Positions 40,254 through 49,445 of a stretch of 64,000 bases of DNA are shown piece by piece. The notes under the pieces were generated by a model. That model saw only the letters and a program-made list of their open reading frames with translations. It searched no databases and was not told the DNA's origin. How positions within the stretch are numbered: the stretch's first letter is position 1; each line of letters opens with the position of its first letter. Made by a program: the position numbers and the translations under genes. This stretch comes from a virus, in IMG/VR virus record IMGVR_UViG_3300028392_000036, positions 32,001 to 96,000 of that record; one strand, 5' to 3'.

Positions 40254-41285
40254 ATGACTACACCCCAAATTGGCTTTTGTTGCAAATGGCTCAATGACCC
40301 CGCAGAATGTGGGGGCATGAAAGTCAATGCAAAGGACCGTGACTTAACCGGCAGATCAACCACCATGCGTTGGCTTCGCGAGCACAAGAGCGAAGCTGAA
40401 CAGCGGCAATGGGATATTATGAACCACAATGCCTCGGCCGCTGTACGACTGATCGAGCGTGTGGCCACACTGCCCCAAGGCCGTAGAATGGTACGCCTGG
40501 GCAGTGAAATGCTACAAGGCTACACTGAGAAAGATTGGATCGACTGGTGGCAACGCCGTGAAATACAAGATCACTGTGAAAAGATATTTGCCCCTGTAGG
40601 TGAAACTGCTCGCAGGCTTGGTGTTAGACTCAGTTTCCACCCCGGACAGTTCTGTGTGCTTGCAAGCGAGTCGGATGAAATTGTAGAACGTAGCATACTA
40701 GAATTTGAATACCATGCGGACATGGCTCGTTGGATGGGCTATGGCTCAACGTGGCATGATCATGGATTTAAGATTAACGTGCATTTATCGGGCAAAGGTG
40801 GTCCCGCTAAATTCCTGAAGACCCTGGGTCGCCTCACTCCCGAGGCCAGGAACTTGATAACCATCGAAAATGACGAGATGACAAATGGACTTGACACTAC
40901 TTTGGCTGTGGCTGATCATGTGGCTCTTGTGTTGGATGTACACCACCACTGGATCAACACCGGCGAATACATCGCGCCCACGGACGTTCGTACAACTAGG
41001 GTTATTGACTCTTGGCGTGGCGTTCGTCCTGCAATGCATTTTAGTACTAGCCGCGAGGACGTTTTGGTCGACCATGTTCGAACAGTTCGACCAGACCTTG
41101 CTGAACTTCTTGCTAGAGGTTATAAGAAACAGAAACTCCGAGCACACAGCGACTTCTGTTGGAATACGTCTGTGAATTCATGGGTACTGGGTTTTGCTGA
41201 CCAGTTTGATATACAGGTAGAAGCCAAGGGCAAAAACTTAGCAAGTGAACAACTTTATGAACAATATATTTCTCAACATCTTTGA
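40254..41285 (+). CDS. uvsE: UV-damage endonuclease UvsE/UVDE
   Basis: RLSFHPGQF, NVH, IENDE, DVHHH, HSD, VEAKGK. Confidence 0.9.
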   Translation: MTTPQIGFCCKWLNDPAECGGMKVNAKDRDLTGRSTTMRWLREHKSEAEQRQWDIMNHNASAAVRLIERVATLPQGRRMVRLGSEMLQGYTEKDWIDWWQRREIQDHCEKIFAPVGETARRLGVRLSFHPGQFCVLASESDEIVERSILEFEYHADMARWMGYGSTWHDHGFKINVHLSGKGGPAKFLKTLGRLTPEARNLITIENDEMTNGLDTTLAVADHVALVLDVHHHWINTGEYIAPTDVRTTRVIDSWRGVRPAMHFSTSREDVLVDHVRTVRPDLAELLARGYKKQKLRAHSDFCWNTSVNSWVLGFADQFDIQVEAKGKNLASEQLYEQYISQHL

Positions 41286-41544
41286 TTGGATACGCAGTGA
41301 TTACAAAACTAACCCACTTAGGTTCGTCGTGGAAGTACTGGCTTGGGCTGTGTCTATTGGGTGCAGTATTACGATGGCTGCCACTGTACCTAATCCCCCT
41401 CTTGTGGTACTTTACCCTATATGGATTAGTGGTTGTGCTATGTATGCTTGGGCTAGTTGGACTCGTAAATCGTTTGGTATGTTGGCCAACTACTGCCTAC
41501 TAGTCAGCATTGATACTGTGGGTTTGCTACGTATGATTTTGTAA
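41257..41544 (+). CDS. Small membrane protein (3 TM)
   Basis: Hydrophobic helices. Confidence 0.6.
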   Translation: MNNIFLNIFDWIRSDYKTNPLRFVVEVLAWAVSIGCSITMAATVPNPPLVVLYPIWISGCAMYAWASWTRKSFGMLANYCLLVSIDTVGLLRMIL

Positions 41545-41573
41545 CAAAATTGTAACACAAATTAGCCTAAATA
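41539..41573 (+). promoter_or_regulatory. Pho box plus TAAATA promoter of pstS
   Basis: TTGTAAC-AAAA-TTGTAAC (11-bp period), 11 nt, TAAATA. Confidence 0.75.
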
Positions 41574-41596
41574 ATTGTCTAACAAGGAGACTTTGA

Positions 41597-42601
41597 GTGA
41601 AACAATTATTTGCAATCTTACTAGCGTCAATATCAATCTCAGCATCAGCACAGACTATAACAGGTGCTGGCGCAACATTCCCATACCCCATCTATAGCAA
41701 GTGGTCAGAACTTTACAACAAAGAAACTGGCGTAGCACTCAATTACCAATCAATTGGTTCCAGTGGCGGCATTCGTCAAATTGATGCCAAAACAGTGACC
41801 TTTGGTGCAACTGATGCACCTGTAGCCGGGGACAAACTAGACAAAAATAGTCAAGTACAGTTTCCCGCTATCATTGGCGGAACAGTTCCTATTGTTAACT
41901 TGGATGGCTTCAAGCCCGGAGAACTACGTATTACAGGTCCTGTAATGGCAGAAGTGTTCTTGGGTGAAATCTCCAAATGGAATGATCCAAAGTTGGCGGC
42001 ACTTAACCCAGGTAAAAAATTACCTGACTTAGAAATTACTATTGTGCATCGTGCAGATGGTTCGGGTACTACATTTAACTGGACAGATTATTTGTCATCT
42101 ACCAGCGCCAAGTGGGCCGACAAGGTTGGCAAAGGTGCCGCAGTCAAGTGGCCAGCCGCAAGTTCAGTAGGTGGCAAGGGCAACGAAGGTGTTGCCGCTA
42201 ATGTACATCGTGTTAAAGGCTCCATTGGCTATGTTGAATATGCTTATGTTAAAAAGAACAATTTGACTTTCTTGCAATTACAAAACAAGTCAGGCAAATA
42301 TGTCAGCCCAGATGATCTAACATTTGCTGCCGCGGCAGCCGGTGCTGATTGGTTCTCAGTTCCTGGTATGGGTGTGAGCATTGTAGATCAGCGTGGTGAT
42401 ACAGTATGGCCTGTAAGCACAGCCAGTTTCATCATCATGTACAAAGACCCCACAGACAAGAAAGCCAGCCAAGACACATTGAAGTTCTTTGATTGGGCAT
42501 TCAAGAACGGTAAGAAAGCCGCAGAGGAATTAGACTATGTGGCATTACCAGACATTCTAACAAAACAAATTCGCGAGCGTGTGTGGAGTCAGATCAAGTA
42601 A
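41597..42601 (+). CDS. pstS: Phosphate ABC transporter binding protein PstS
   Basis: Signal peptide, GAGATFP, YQSIGSSGG, FGATD, RADGSGTT, IGYVE. Confidence 0.97.
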   Translation: MKQLFAILLASISISASAQTITGAGATFPYPIYSKWSELYNKETGVALNYQSIGSSGGIRQIDAKTVTFGATDAPVAGDKLDKNSQVQFPAIIGGTVPIVNLDGFKPGELRITGPVMAEVFLGEISKWNDPKLAALNPGKKLPDLEITIVHRADGSGTTFNWTDYLSSTSAKWADKVGKGAAVKWPAASSVGGKGNEGVAANVHRVKGSIGYVEYAYVKKNNLTFLQLQNKSGKYVSPDDLTFAAAAAGADWFSVPGMGVSIVDQRGDTVWPVSTASFIIMYKDPTDKKASQDTLKFFDWAFKNGKKAAEELDYVALPDILTKQIRERVWSQIK

Positions 42602-42648
42602 TTAAACCGACCACAACGATAGAGTGGCGCTGGAACTCGTAACCAGCA

Positions 42649-42677
42649 GATACCCCAAATTTTTGGGGTATTTTTTT
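42649..42677 (+). terminator. Rho-independent terminator
   Basis: ATACCCCAA/TTGGGGTAT plus T run. Confidence 0.8.
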
Positions 42678-42717
42678 GTCCGTGTTTAATGATTTGATCG
42701 CAGAGTTAAATATCTAT

Positions 42718-42882
42718 ATGAGTTGGTTTAAGCGAATTCCACACAGATACCCTCCACAAACGCCTGCCTCTGCACCACATAGAACTAGCCCTGCCACTGA
42801 TCGAGCACTAGAAGAGTCTAAATTGCTGGGTCCAAAATCCCGTAAAAAAACTGTCAAAAAGCCCCCACTAAATACTGAATGA
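42718..42882 (+). CDS. Small basic hypothetical protein
   Basis: ATG 5 nt after TAAATA; ATGA coupling to next gene. Confidence 0.45.
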   Translation: MSWFKRIPHRYPPQTPASAPHRTSPATDRALEESKLLGPKSRKKTVKKPPLNTE

Positions 42883-43541
42883 AACCCACCATAGCCCTAT
42901 TTTTGCACGACCCCAAATGTAGTGTACAAAGTGGCAATGGGCTCATGCGAGCCCTAGGCGATCATTACAAGTTCAAAATATTTGGTAAAAACAAACTAGA
43001 AGATGTGTTCTTTGACGACGTAGACATGATTGCTGTACCCGGTGGCTTTGGCGATGCTGATTCATTTGACGGACTGTTCAAACACAATGCTGAACGTGTG
43101 CAACAATTTCTAGAACGTGGCGGTCGATACTTGGGTATTTGCATGGGTGCATACTGGGCCGGCAGCGAATATCTCAACATCTTGGATGGTGTGGATGCTG
43201 TGCAGTATATCCGTCGCCCTGGCACAGACACACATAGACCACATGCTAAAAACCTGCCTGTGTTGTGGCAAGATCGTTGGGGCAATATTGAGCCCTGGAA
43301 AATGTTCTTTTACGATGGCTGTGCATTGGTAGGGGACAAAACCAAGTTTCGAACCATGGCCACATATATGAATGGAGACGCCATGGCAATTATACAAAAC
43401 AATATTGGACTGATAGGTTGTCATCCTGAAAGCGAGCAGTTCTGGTATGACAGTTACTCCTGGATGCGGGGTCGATATCATAGAGGTCAACATCATACAT
43501 TGTTGTTAGACTTTGTGGATCAAATGTTTGTAACAAAATAG
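42879..43541 (+). CDS. BPL-N / class I glutamine amidotransferase-like protein
   Basis: VPGG, YLGICMGAY nucleophile elbow, CHPE. Confidence 0.8.
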   Translation: MKPTIALFLHDPKCSVQSGNGLMRALGDHYKFKIFGKNKLEDVFFDDVDMIAVPGGFGDADSFDGLFKHNAERVQQFLERGGRYLGICMGAYWAGSEYLNILDGVDAVQYIRRPGTDTHRPHAKNLPVLWQDRWGNIEPWKMFFYDGCALVGDKTKFRTMATYMNGDAMAIIQNNIGLIGCHPESEQFWYDSYSWMRGRYHRGQHHTLLLDFVDQMFVTK

Positions 43542-43562
43542 TAACACAGATCCGCCTAAATA
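43528..43562 (+). promoter_or_regulatory. Pho box plus TAAATA promoter of the plcP-agt operon
   Basis: TTGTAAC-AAAA-TAGTAAC, 11 nt, TAAATA; same architecture as the pstS promoter. Confidence 0.75.
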
Positions 43563-43566
43563 TTAG

Positions 43567-44361
43567 ATGCAGAAAACGTATCGCAGTATTTTTATCAGTG
43601 ATGTACACCTGGGCACAAGAGACTGCAAGGCAGAAGAACTAAACAATTTCCTAAAGCACAACTCCTGCAATACTTTATATCTTGTGGGGGACATTATTGA
43701 TGCTTGGAAAATGCAACAAAACAAATTGCGATGGAAACAAAGTCATACCAACGTTGTCCGTAGGGTTCTTGGTCACGCTAAACGTGGCACTAGGGTTGTA
43801 TACGTGGCTGGAAATCATGACGAATTCCTGCGTCCGATGATACCGTATGCTGCCACATTTGGTACTGTGGAAATATGTAATCAATGCGAACATGTGGGTG
43901 CAGACGGCAAACATTATCTTGTGGTGCATGGCGACCTGTTTGATGGTATCACCCGACTGGCACCATGGTTGAGTTTTTTGGGAGACAAAGCATATGATTT
44001 TATCCTGGGGCTTAATAGTAGATTTAATTGGATCCGCCATCGTATGGGTTTTGGTTATTGGAGTCTTAGCCAGTTTCTTAAGCATAGGGTCAAAAAAGCC
44101 ATTGACTTCATGTTTCACTTTGAAAGAAACCTTGCGGCCTACTGCAAAAAAAGAGGATTTGATGGCGTGGTCTGCGGTCACATACACCACGCAGAAATAA
44201 AAGAAATAAACGGTGTAGTATATATGAATGACGGCGACTGGGTTGAAAGTTGTACTGCACTTGTAGAACATCATGACGGGCGTTGGGAAATCGTAACATG
44301 GACACAAAAAAATGACCAAGAAGATATTGATAATAACAGACAACTTGCCGGATCAAATTAA
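43567..44361 (+). CDS. plcP: PlcP-type phospholipase C (LpxH-like metallophosphoesterase)
   Basis: SDVHLG, GDIID.W, GNHD, HGDLFD, LGDKAY, YWSLS..LK..VK, CGHIH, NDGDWVES; adjacent GT4. Confidence 0.82.
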   Translation: MQKTYRSIFISDVHLGTRDCKAEELNNFLKHNSCNTLYLVGDIIDAWKMQQNKLRWKQSHTNVVRRVLGHAKRGTRVVYVAGNHDEFLRPMIPYAATFGTVEICNQCEHVGADGKHYLVVHGDLFDGITRLAPWLSFLGDKAYDFILGLNSRFNWIRHRMGFGYWSLSQFLKHRVKKAIDFMFHFERNLAAYCKKRGFDGVVCGHIHHAEIKEINGVVYMNDGDWVESCTALVEHHDGRWEIVTWTQKNDQEDIDNNRQLAGSN

Positions 44362-45325
44362 TGGCGTGGTTACCACTTACAAGAACATTGAGGCTTGTGC
44401 GGTACTGGATGGTTATCATGTTGATTATATTGATCCCGGGCGGTTCCGCTACATTAATTGCCCTCGCTACCACGAAGTCAAGATTGCCTATCCCCGGAAT
44501 CTGGGCGCGAAGATTGAGGAGATTGCTCCGGATTATATCCACATCGCCACCGAGGGTCCTCTTGGTTTGTGGGCTCGAGCATATCTTTCACTGGGCAATA
44601 TTCGTCACAATACCGCTTATCATACTAAGTTTCCAGAGGGACTTAAGAAACTATTTGGGATTCCTGAATTCGTAACCTGGCGGTTTGTACGCTGGTTTCA
44701 CAAACACTCAGGCAAGGTACTAACCACGACAGATTCAATGGTTCGAGAATTGCAAGCACATGGATTCAATGGCGAAGTGATTCCGTGGACACGTGGTGTT
44801 GACCGTGAGATATTCCACCCTGGCTATCGTGATCGAGAAGATGACCACAAAATATTATTATGCGTTGCCCGTGTGAGTAAAGAAAAGAACTTGGAAGACT
44901 TTTTTGAATTACAATATCCCAAGAGTCGCAAAATCATGGTAGGTGATGGCCCTATGCTAGAGAAATATCGAAAGCAGTATCCTGATGTGGAGTTTGTAGG
45001 ATTTAAGACAGGCACAGAACTAGCAGAATATTATGCCAATGCTGATGTGTTTGTGTTTCCAAGTCAGTGGGAAACATTTGGCATTGTGATGATTGAAGCC
45101 ATGGCCTGTGGTACCCCTGTAGCCGCATATCCATGCCAAGGTCCCGAAGATGTTGTGGAACCAGGTGTGACTGGTTATTTAGAACAAGATCTAGCCACTG
45201 CGGTGCATCGTTGTATCGGGCTCAACAGGGACCAAGTATTAGAGGGCAGCCAACGCTGGAGTTGGGAACGAGCCTGGCACATATTCCGAGACAATCTCAC
45301 TCCCAACCACTTGTGGACCAAATAA
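44312..45325 (+). CDS. GT4 glycosyltransferase, Agt-like glycolipid synthase
   Basis: TD..PDQINGV, HIATEGPLG, YHTKFPE, RVSKEKN, ETFGIVMIEAMA. Confidence 0.85.
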   Translation: MTKKILIITDNLPDQINGVVTTYKNIEACAVLDGYHVDYIDPGRFRYINCPRYHEVKIAYPRNLGAKIEEIAPDYIHIATEGPLGLWARAYLSLGNIRHNTAYHTKFPEGLKKLFGIPEFVTWRFVRWFHKHSGKVLTTTDSMVRELQAHGFNGEVIPWTRGVDREIFHPGYRDREDDHKILLCVARVSKEKNLEDFFELQYPKSRKIMVGDGPMLEKYRKQYPDVEFVGFKTGTELAEYYANADVFVFPSQWETFGIVMIEAMACGTPVAAYPCQGPEDVVEPGVTGYLEQDLATAVHRCIGLNRDQVLEGSQRWSWERAWHIFRDNLTPNHLWTK

Positions 45326-45343
45326 ATTAATCAAAGGAAAAAC

Positions 45344-45952
45344 ATGAAAGAAATACTACAAACACTTCGCGAGCAACGTTGGGACGATCATCGTTACTAT
45401 CATCACAGTAGAATCAATCAATTTTTACACTTAATCTCAGCCTTAAGTTTCTTGATTGCCTATGTTTATCTGTTTATTGATCCTGTTGTGAGTGCATGGA
45501 TTGCTTGGTTGATTGCCATGACTACTCGTCAAGCCGGGCACTTTTTCTTTGAACCACACGGCTACGATGAATACAACAAGGCCACATTTGAACACAAAGA
45601 AAAAATCAAAATTGGTTTTAACTTAAAACGCAAACGGGTGTTGCTCACATGCTGGGTCGCAGTGCCTGCCCTGGCGTTCTTTGATGCTGAACTAATGAAT
45701 CTGTTAATACCCAACAACGACCCAATGACATTTGTAAACCGTGTGGGTATGGGATGGTTATGGCTGGGTGCGGCTGGTGTGTTGTTTAGAATGATCCAAT
45801 TGACCGCACTACAGAGCAGACGGGTTGCGTTAGTTTGGTGCTTGAAGATCTTGACTGATCCATTTCACGATGTATGGATCTATCGCAAGAGTCCCATATA
45901 CTTGATGCAAGGACAGTTGATTGACCCTGATTTACGTCAAGATTACTCTTGA
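45344..45952 (+). CDS. Mpo1/DUF962-like membrane protein
   Basis: YHHSRIN..LH and GHFFFE His motifs, several TM helices. Confidence 0.6.
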   Translation: MKEILQTLREQRWDDHRYYHHSRINQFLHLISALSFLIAYVYLFIDPVVSAWIAWLIAMTTRQAGHFFFEPHGYDEYNKATFEHKEKIKIGFNLKRKRVLLTCWVAVPALAFFDAELMNLLIPNNDPMTFVNRVGMGWLWLGAAGVLFRMIQLTALQSRRVALVWCLKILTDPFHDVWIYRKSPIYLMQGQLIDPDLRQDYS

Positions 45953-46653
45953 TTGCGAAGTCTAGCAAGTCCTAGTATTCTAAACAGGCTGAGCCACATC
46001 CAGCCTATATCGAATTCCCACCAAGTCTTAGAGAGGCGGGCACTCGCTGGTGCCAGGTGGTGGTTGTTGTGCAGTTCTTCGCCGCCAATAACAATGCCCC
46101 AAGGACTAATATTACGACTACGATCTTTAGTTTCGCCATTTCTATATCCTATCCAATGTCCAATGCCGTTTATGACTCCAGCCGCCCAGAATGGAATCCA
46201 TATCATTTGTATACCCCATATAACCGGACCCCACCAACCAAACACTAGGGTGTTGAGCACAAGGAGAATGCCAATGCCAAGTCTACTGTGAGGCTGGTAT
46301 ATGTGAAGCTCCATCCAATCAGCAGGAGTACCAACACCGTATGCGTCAACCATGACACGATCTTTTGATGCTTCATGATACAGTACCGCTCCTTTAAAGA
46401 AAACTCTCTTGATTCCGTACACGTGAGGTGAGTGCGGATCACCTTCTGCATCACTGAATCTGTGATGCTTGCGGTGTATGGCCACCCATTGCTTGGTTAC
46501 CATGCCTGTGGTCAACCATAACCAGGCTCTCATGAAGTGTTCAAGCACAGGATGAAATTCTATACCTCGGTGTGCTTGGCCACGATGTAGGTACAACGTG
46601 ACACAGATGATAGTAATGTGTGTCATTACCAGTGTTGCGATTAGTTCTGTCAT
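45943..46653 (-). CDS. Membrane fatty-acid (acyl-CoA delta-9-type) desaturase
   Basis: His boxes HRGQAH, HRKHH, HNNHH; DPHSP. Confidence 0.92.
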   Translation of the reverse strand: MTELIATLVMTHITIICVTLYLHRGQAHRGIEFHPVLEHFMRAWLWLTTGMVTKQWVAIHRKHHRFSDAEGDPHSPHVYGIKRVFFKGAVLYHEASKDRVMVDAYGVGTPADWMELHIYQPHSRLGIGILLVLNTLVFGWWGPVIWGIQMIWIPFWAAGVINGIGHWIGYRNGETKDRSRNISPWGIVIGGEELHNNHHLAPASARLSKTWWEFDIGWMWLSLFRILGLARLRNQE

Positions 46654-46712
46654 AGTTTATTTACTCATATGTAGGTGCTTTTATTTTAAGCGATTGTTTT
46701 TAAATATATGCT

Positions 46713-46853
46713 ATGAGTAGTATTTTTGAAGAAATAAACGATCTAATGACAGAGAATTCAATTAGCAAAGTATTGGGTATCACTTTGTTGATCCTTGTAT
46801 TTTCTGGAGCAGTTGCTCTTGGGTTTGCCTATTGGATAACCCACAGGCATTGA
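46713..46853 (+). CDS. Small single-TM protein
   Basis: ATG 6 nt after TAAATA; hydrophobic helix. Confidence 0.45.
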   Translation: MSSIFEEINDLMTENSISKVLGITLLILVFSGAVALGFAYWITHRH

Positions 46854-46854
46854 G

Positions 46855-47631
46855 TTATCTTCCTAAATATTTTTTAGGTTCGGCTTCTAGTTGGCGTTGA
46901 CGTTCAGACTTTGGAACCCAATCAGTACCCAGTTGAGGATACTTTTTGATTCTATCTTGTATCACAAAAGCCATCATTAGCCCAATCGACAATGCAATAA
47001 CAATACCCATCACTCCCCATATGGCATTGGCCCAAATAGCATCCATACGTCGACGTCTCCTAACAGCACGAATGTGATCTTGTCGCATTTGTTTAGCAAT
47101 AAGAATCTTTTGTTGCTTGCCCATGACCAGCATCATGTCTTCTACTTCAGTATGCAATGCACCCAGTTCAGGAGGTGATTGGTACACCATTATCTCACGC
47201 AATTCTGTGCCCATCTGTTCCAGTTGCTTACGCATCAGCACACGTTGTAAGGCACGTTTACCTAGACTAGCATCACCTTCGTATATCTCGTGCTGACTAT
47301 GTTTTTCTTCTTCTTCAAAGATGGCCATACACTTGTAGTAGTTGTCGTAGTAGGTACCCAGATGCTCGCCGAGTTCAGTGTAGATGCCTGTGGTTTCGCC
47401 GTCACGTTTGTTTAGTTCAATGATGCGATTTTTTTCTTTTACAAATTGATTACGTGCTTCTAAACTGGCTGGTTTTTCTGGAGGATGCAACTTGGCAAAC
47501 TGTTCGTCGAGATCCTTGAGAACGTCCTTGACTTCGCCTGCCGCACCTTTGATATCTTTGTAGAGTTTACAACCGGCCTTGACAGCAGACACCGCCCCAT
47601 TGGCCAAGGCAAAGAGGGTTATGGGATCCAT
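46855..47631 (-). CDS. Coiled-coil protein with C-terminal TM helix
   Basis: MDPITLFA N-terminus, heptads, TM helix. Confidence 0.65.
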   Translation of the reverse strand: MDPITLFALANGAVSAVKAGCKLYKDIKGAAGEVKDVLKDLDEQFAKLHPPEKPASLEARNQFVKEKNRIIELNKRDGETTGIYTELGEHLGTYYDNYYKCMAIFEEEEKHSQHEIYEGDASLGKRALQRVLMRKQLEQMGTELREIMVYQSPPELGALHTEVEDMMLVMGKQQKILIAKQMRQDHIRAVRRRRRMDAIWANAIWGVMGIVIALSIGLMMAFVIQDRIKKYPQLGTDWVPKSERQRQLEAEPKKYLGR

Positions 47632-47882
47632 TACTTGCCATCCTTCTTAACCGTACGCCATTCGACACAGATCACAGTTCTATTGTTGACGTCGCCGATC
47701 CAGGCAGTTCTGACACATTCAGCTGTGCCTGTTGCTAGTTGTACTTGTTTAGGCGTGAATTCACGGGCAACACTGGGCCGATCGCCACCGTACATGGGCG
47801 AACTTGAAACCATCGCAGAACCGCACAGTATTAGCAATAATACTAGGATTACAGTTCTGTAGATGGCTCCATATTTTTTCAT
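47631..47882 (-). CDS. Small exported protein
   Basis: GGAG RBS, signal-like N-terminus, Cys pair. Confidence 0.55.
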   Translation of the reverse strand: MKKYGAIYRTVILVLLLILCGSAMVSSSPMYGGDRPSVAREFTPKQVQLATGTAECVRTAWIGDVNNRTVICVEWRTVKKDGK

Positions 47883-47951
47883 CGTACTCCGTGTCCTTGT
47901 TATTCAGGACTTAGAGTATTTACAGGATCCTTGCGCTAGATTAAACTGGGT

Positions 47952-48497
47952 TTAAAACAATGTGGGAATCCAGAGCCAGATGGCCTGACTCATCAGCAAC
48001 ATTGCAATACCGCCTACATATAAACTGGCGGTGTACAGTCGATTGTTCACTGCCAATATACTAGCCGATAATAGCACAATGGCAATCTGGAATAGACTTC
48101 CAGCAAACGTGTACCAAGGGCTACGTTGTTTTGCCACAGCACGATCTGCTTCTAAACCACGTGCCTTGGCCATGAGTTCTTTCTTGCCCTCACCTGTAGC
48201 AGGATCCGATTCATAACGTGCAATCTTCTTGCTGAGTGCGGCAACCTTGTTCACATCCTTGCGAGCCATGGCATCATCTAAGGCCATCTCGGCCAAGGTG
48301 CCTTTGATTGATTTGGCTTGATAAAATGCCCAAGTATTATTGGCCTCAATGGTGTCGTTTAGTATTCGGCCTGAGTTGCCGTTGCCCATATATGTGTTGA
48401 TAGCCAAGAATGCGGCAAATACAACGATTACCCATCCTGCTTTGTCTTTGATTAGTGCTTCACGCTCTGAGCGTGATAATTGTTTTTGTTCTGCCAT
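47952..48497 (-). CDS. DUF4337-like membrane protein
   Basis: WAFYQAKSIK motif, QIAIVL TM helices. Confidence 0.75.
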   Translation of the reverse strand: MAEQKQLSRSEREALIKDKAGWVIVVFAAFLAINTYMGNGNSGRILNDTIEANNTWAFYQAKSIKGTLAEMALDDAMARKDVNKVAALSKKIARYESDPATGEGKKELMAKARGLEADRAVAKQRSPWYTFAGSLFQIAIVLLSASILAVNNRLYTASLYVGGIAMLLMSQAIWLWIPTLF

Positions 48498-48531
48498 GTT
48501 TAGCTCCTTTGTGTATTATTTATTGGTCAAT

Positions 48532-48553
48532 AAAAAAGCCCCTTGCGGGGCTT
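48532..48553 (-). terminator. Rho-independent terminator (minus strand)
   Basis: AAGCCCC-TTGC-GGGGCTT with A run on plus strand. Confidence 0.75.
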
Positions 48554-48555
48554 GA

Positions 48556-48804
48556 TTAGTTTGCTGGGGTCTTCCGTGCTCGGGGCTTTCGGGCTGCCAC
48601 TGCTGGTTTAACAGCAGGTGGTGCCTTGGGCTTGGCCGGTGCTTTTTTAGCAGGAGTAGTTGCTACTGCTGGAGCAGGTTCCGGGGCAATTTCACTTGCC
48701 TTGGGAAACGGCCAATCACTAGCAGGTGCCTCAACTTTGTAAGGCGCCTCAGGTGCCGGTGCGGCAGGCTTGCCGAGAAAGAATTCCTTGATTTTGTTTA
48801 ACAT
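48556..48804 (-). CDS. Pro/Ala/Lys-rich small protein
   Basis: AGGAG RBS, TAAATA upstream; EAPYKVE and PAK repeats. Confidence 0.65.
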   Translation of the reverse strand: MLNKIKEFFLGKPAAPAPEAPYKVEAPASDWPFPKASEIAPEPAPAVATTPAKKAPAKPKAPPAVKPAVAARKPRARKTPAN

Positions 48805-48824
48805 AACGATCTCCTATAGAGTAT

Positions 48825-49445
48825 TTAACCCTGATCGGTGTTGCCCAAACGCTTCTTCATGAAGTTCAAAAGCAAGCCGTATGCTGGCAAGAACACAACA
48901 AAGCCAACTAAAATCTTCAATAGACTTTGGCTCAGGGCAATCTCGGGCCAGTTAGCGGCCATGTACTCGTCAGCACCACCCGAGAAGGCAATACTGAAGA
49001 ACACATAACTGTCGATGAAGTTGGCAACAACCATGCTGAGTGCAGGAGCCGCCCACCATTGCTGTGTGAACTTTTCGCGAACATATTGGAACACGTATAC
49101 ATCTAACAAGCAACCAATTAGGTATGCTGTGGCTGATCCAAAACCAATACGTAAGGCAACTGATTGTGGTGCGCCTTCTAAGAGAACAACAGCAATACTA
49201 CCAATGATGGCAAGTGGATAGGCAGCCGCAATAGTGGCTCGAGCAATACCTTTACCAATCAATCGTACTGTCAAGTCTGTAGCCAAAATTACCAAGGGAT
49301 AGGTAAATGCGGCCCATGTCAATTTCACACCCATGATCTCAACTGGAATTGAAACTAGAGCATTGCTGATTACGATCACGAAGATATGTAATGCAACCAA
49401 TTTGGCCATCATGACCCGATCTACGCCTTTGAAAATATCAAACAT
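48825..49445 (-). CDS. yhhQ: Queuosine precursor transporter (YhhQ/VUT family)
   Basis: ISN, TWAAFTYP..LATDLTVR..G, RIGFGS..AY, DS..FF.IAF. Confidence 0.88.
   Translation of the reverse strand: MFDIFKGVDRVMMAKLVALHIFVIVISNALVSIPVEIMGVKLTWAAFTYPLVILATDLTVRLIGKGIARATIAAAYPLAIIGSIAVVLLEGAPQSVALRIGFGSATAYLIGCLLDVYVFQYVREKFTQQWWAAPALSMVVANFIDSYVFFSIAFSGGADEYMAANWPEIALSQSLLKILVGFVVFLPAYGLLLNFMKKRLGNTDQG

Noticed and set aside
43675-44343. 222-aa antisense ORF and other long shadow ORFs (e.g. 17315-17899, 57980-58279)
   Set aside because: They overlap well-supported genes and lack RBS or recognisable motifs
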